DNA of 58,405 nucleotides from an uncultured Candidatus Berkelbacteria bacterium. Its GTDB lineage: Bacteria; Patescibacteriota; UBA1384; CAJBMM01. The stretch spans positions 1 through 58,405 of the forward strand of contig CAJBMM010000017.1 in assembly GCA_903954185.1 (NCBI GenBank). Reading direction: 5' to 3'. The notes beneath the pieces are model-generated. The model did not search any database and was not told the origin of the DNA. It saw only the letters and a list, made by a program, of their open reading frames with translations. The position numbers and the translations under genes were made by a program. Positions 56,155 through 58,405 of the stretch are shown here, piece after piece. Every line of letters starts with the position of its first letter. Within the stretch, counting starts at the first letter, position 1.

Positions 56155-58170
56155 TTACCTTAAGCGTAATATTATCACGCTTCCATCTTGATACACAGGA
56201 TCGTAGCCCATATTTATATATTTGTCTTTATTTAATAAATCTAAATTTGCTTTTAGATACTCTCTTGTAGCATTTATACTACTACTCTTACGCATCGAAT
56301 AATAAAAGTATACTGGCTCGGTATTTGTATATGTAGGCTCCGTAACCGCAATCGTCCGCACCGACACTACACGATCAAATTCCCTTACGCGCAATCCATC
56401 ACGATACAACACTACATGCTCAATCTCGTCTGGAGATACAAGTTTTTCAATTCTCAAAGAGGCTTGATGCAAAAGCGCCTCAACTTTAATTTCAAACTCC
56501 TGTTTGTCAATCGTTCCATTCTGCTCAAACTGCAAATAGTTGCGCCCACCATATAAAGTTACGATAGTGCGATTTTCTTGTGATGATATAAAAATGCTGT
56601 TAGCGGCTGTATTTTTAATAAATTGCACGGAGCCAGATTCCTCTCGGTATGTTTCTGAAACATTATTTTGAGAAACATACATAGTTCCGCCAACGCCCAT
56701 TGTGCACATTATAATAATTAATGTTATAAAGATTTTACTGTTCTTTAGTTGCTCCTCATAGACGGAAACTATTGCAACTAGCCCAACCAACAGACCTGTT
56801 GCAATATTTACCCACGCCCTATTGGGTAGAAAGAAAAAGCCAATTCTTGGCATAATTTCGGCAACAATAAGAAATACAAAAACAAACAATCCAGGAATTA
56901 AAGCGTGTTTTAAAATTATGTATTTCCTACGAAACAAAACGATTACAAATAATATGGCAAAAGTAGCAAACAACTGTAACCCATTATAAGCATAATAATA
57001 CAACCCCATTATTCCTGGCCATCCCAAATTATGACCATCCATAGATACGTAATTGTCTATAAACCACCATCTCCAATGAAAACCACCAAATAAACCTAAA
57101 GCGTACGTAGCCATGTCGCGCACTCTTCCAAAATAGCTATCGACCTTAAATATGATCAAATAAGGGAATATAATTACTAACGATATTAATGCATTTTTGA
57201 ATGAAATTACCTTTTCAATAAAAATCAGCTGACAAAGGCAAATTAATAAGGACAATGTTGATAAACCCAATAACACAATTCCTAACTCATGAAAAACGGT
57301 TGCTACAAAACTAAATACCACTGCTACGGCGGCTAACACCGAGTCTCTTTCGCTAATGGCCCGTTGACTCATAATTAATACCGGCAGTATAAAAAGCACC
57401 ATCATAACTTGCGGACGAATTATATTCGCCTCAATCAAGATTACTGGAGCAATAAGCAAAGATAAATATACAAGGCTTTGTAATTTTTTATTTTCTATTT
57501 TAGCTTGGGCATAATCATACAAAAATAAGGTAGAAATAAAATATAAAAACGGCGGAAGTAAGCGAAATATATATATAGGCGGAACACCTAGTAGTTTTGC
57601 TGAAAATGAATAATACCACACAAAAAGTTGTCGCAAAGGTGCCGTTACTTGGCCAGCAATAACACTGCGATTAATAGCGGTCAAGAACCCGTCTGCATCC
57701 TGTGCAAGTGGACTAATTATAACCATAGCTGCAATTACGAAAAAAGTTAATAGTAATGGCCAGTGTGTGAAAATTTCAGGCCTAGAAAAATGACTTTTTA
57801 CATTAATAGACCCTGTGCTGAATTTTGCGACAATGACAGCAAAAACCAACGCCATGTTAGTAACCACAGTCAACAAAATTACATTACTATTACTTATATC
57901 CAAAGTTCTAAGAAATATTTGCAAAAAAGAAAAAGTGACGATGGATAAAAATACTACGAGCGCAATTTTACCAAATTTGCCAAATCGCTGACTTAAAAAT
58001 GGCATCAATTGCAGCAAGCTATACCCCGGTAAAATAAACATCAGTAATGTAGCAAGAAGCACTTTAACATATTCAAGATAGATAATGTCCAATTTATTGC
58101 ATATCACAAAAAGTATAATGACTATAATCGCCGGACTTACATACAATAATAATTGACTAATTTTTTTCAT
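56155..58170 (-). CDS. Large polytopic membrane protein with a C-terminal soluble domain (GT-C / ArnT-like candidate)
   Basis: There are about 14 TM segments followed by a tail of about 180 aa. I prefer ATG 58170 (MKKISQ), which makes an ATGA overlap with the upstream ORF's stop. Confidence 0.5.
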   Translation of the reverse strand: MKKISQLLLYVSPAIIVIILFVICNKLDIIYLEYVKVLLATLLMFILPGYSLLQLMPFLSQRFGKFGKIALVVFLSIVTFSFLQIFLRTLDISNSNVILLTVVTNMALVFAVIVAKFSTGSINVKSHFSRPEIFTHWPLLLTFFVIAAMVIISPLAQDADGFLTAINRSVIAGQVTAPLRQLFVWYYSFSAKLLGVPPIYIFRLLPPFLYFISTLFLYDYAQAKIENKKLQSLVYLSLLIAPVILIEANIIRPQVMMVLFILPVLIMSQRAISERDSVLAAVAVVFSFVATVFHELGIVLLGLSTLSLLICLCQLIFIEKVISFKNALISLVIIFPYLIIFKVDSYFGRVRDMATYALGLFGGFHWRWWFIDNYVSMDGHNLGWPGIMGLYYYAYNGLQLFATFAILFVIVLFRRKYIILKHALIPGLFVFVFLIVAEIMPRIGFFFLPNRAWVNIATGLLVGLVAIVSVYEEQLKNSKIFITLIIIMCTMGVGGTMYVSQNNVSETYREESGSVQFIKNTAANSIFISSQENRTIVTLYGGRNYLQFEQNGTIDKQEFEIKVEALLHQASLRIEKLVSPDEIEHVVLYRDGLRVREFDRVVSVRTIAVTEPTYTNTEPVYFYYSMRKSSSINATREYLKANLDLLNKDKYINMGYDPVYQDGSVIILRLR

Positions 58171-58405
58171 GATAAAATGCGTAAAATATATTTTACAAAT
58201 CCCCAATAAATTCCCATTATTTTATTATAAATAAAAACCCCTGGTAATGATACAAGTGCAAAATTTATCTCTGCATCAATATATTGGCTAAGCTCATAAT
58301 CATTCTTAACTCGTTTATTATGCATTCTCTTCATTAAAACTTCAGGTAATTGCAATATAAACATTAAATATGCTTTAATTTTTTGGATAAACCACCCGCT
58401 ACATA
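58167..58405 (-). CDS. 3' end of a gene that starts beyond the window (function unknown; possibly the GT2 partner of the GT-C-like protein)
   Basis: The frame stays open from 58364 to the window edge, reading ...CSGWFIQKIKAYLMFILQLPEV... . The TGA stop at 58167-58169 overlaps ATG 58170. Confidence 0.45.
   Translation of the reverse strand, partial: CSGWFIQKIKAYLMFILQLPEVLMKRMHNKRVKNDYELSQYIDAEINFALVSLPGVFIYNKIMGIYWGFVKYILRILS

Overview
AT-rich window (hand counts about 28-42% G+C in typical lines) with short intergenic regions. Gene content suggests a reduced, CPR/Patescibacteria-like bacterium; that assignment is inference only. No rRNA, tRNA, CRISPR array, transposase or integrase was recognised.

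Layout:
- 1-4479 (-): the 5' part of a giant Gly-rich repeat surface protein. It is missing from the ORF track because it has a GTG start and no stop in the window.
- 5.0-6.5 kb: an HhH-GPD-like gene interrupted by an in-frame TGA, and a small-ORF/PIN (VapBC-like) pair.
- 6.6-8.7 kb: groES-groEL.
- 9.1-15.5 kb: three poorly characterised genes, then a VanW / small ORF / membrane pyrophosphatase (hppA) operon.
- 15.6-30.8 kb: a Wzx/Wzy-type envelope glycan region with glycosyltransferases, two O-antigen-ligase-like proteins, a flippase and a GT-C-like membrane protein. It is interrupted by enolase and by a TrmB-like regulator next to an about 60% G+C radical SAM/SPASM gene.
- 30.9-34.4 kb: a methyl-cycle operon, metK / PfkB kinase / ahcY.
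- 34.8-58.4 kb: tdh-kbl followed by a large ABC-transporter (Wzm/Wzt)-dependent glycan cluster. It carries the UDP-HexNAc dehydrogenase/epimerase/amidotransferase and 6-deoxy-L-HexNAc (FnlA-like) pathways.

Most interesting non-coding signals:
- A promoter-to-terminator, GC-rich, multi-hairpin leader upstream of metK. It is a candidate SAM-type riboswitch with only partial SAM-I/IV-like motifs.
- A GC-rich candidate ncRNA with its own extended -10 promoter (18306-18465).
- Two further GC-rich structured islands (4836-4940 and 8950-9051).
- Several dispersed palindromic repeat families. Inverted copies of one family bracket the 5.4-kb segment that carries the foreign-looking radical SAM gene.

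All family assignments come from motifs read by eye. No database search was run.
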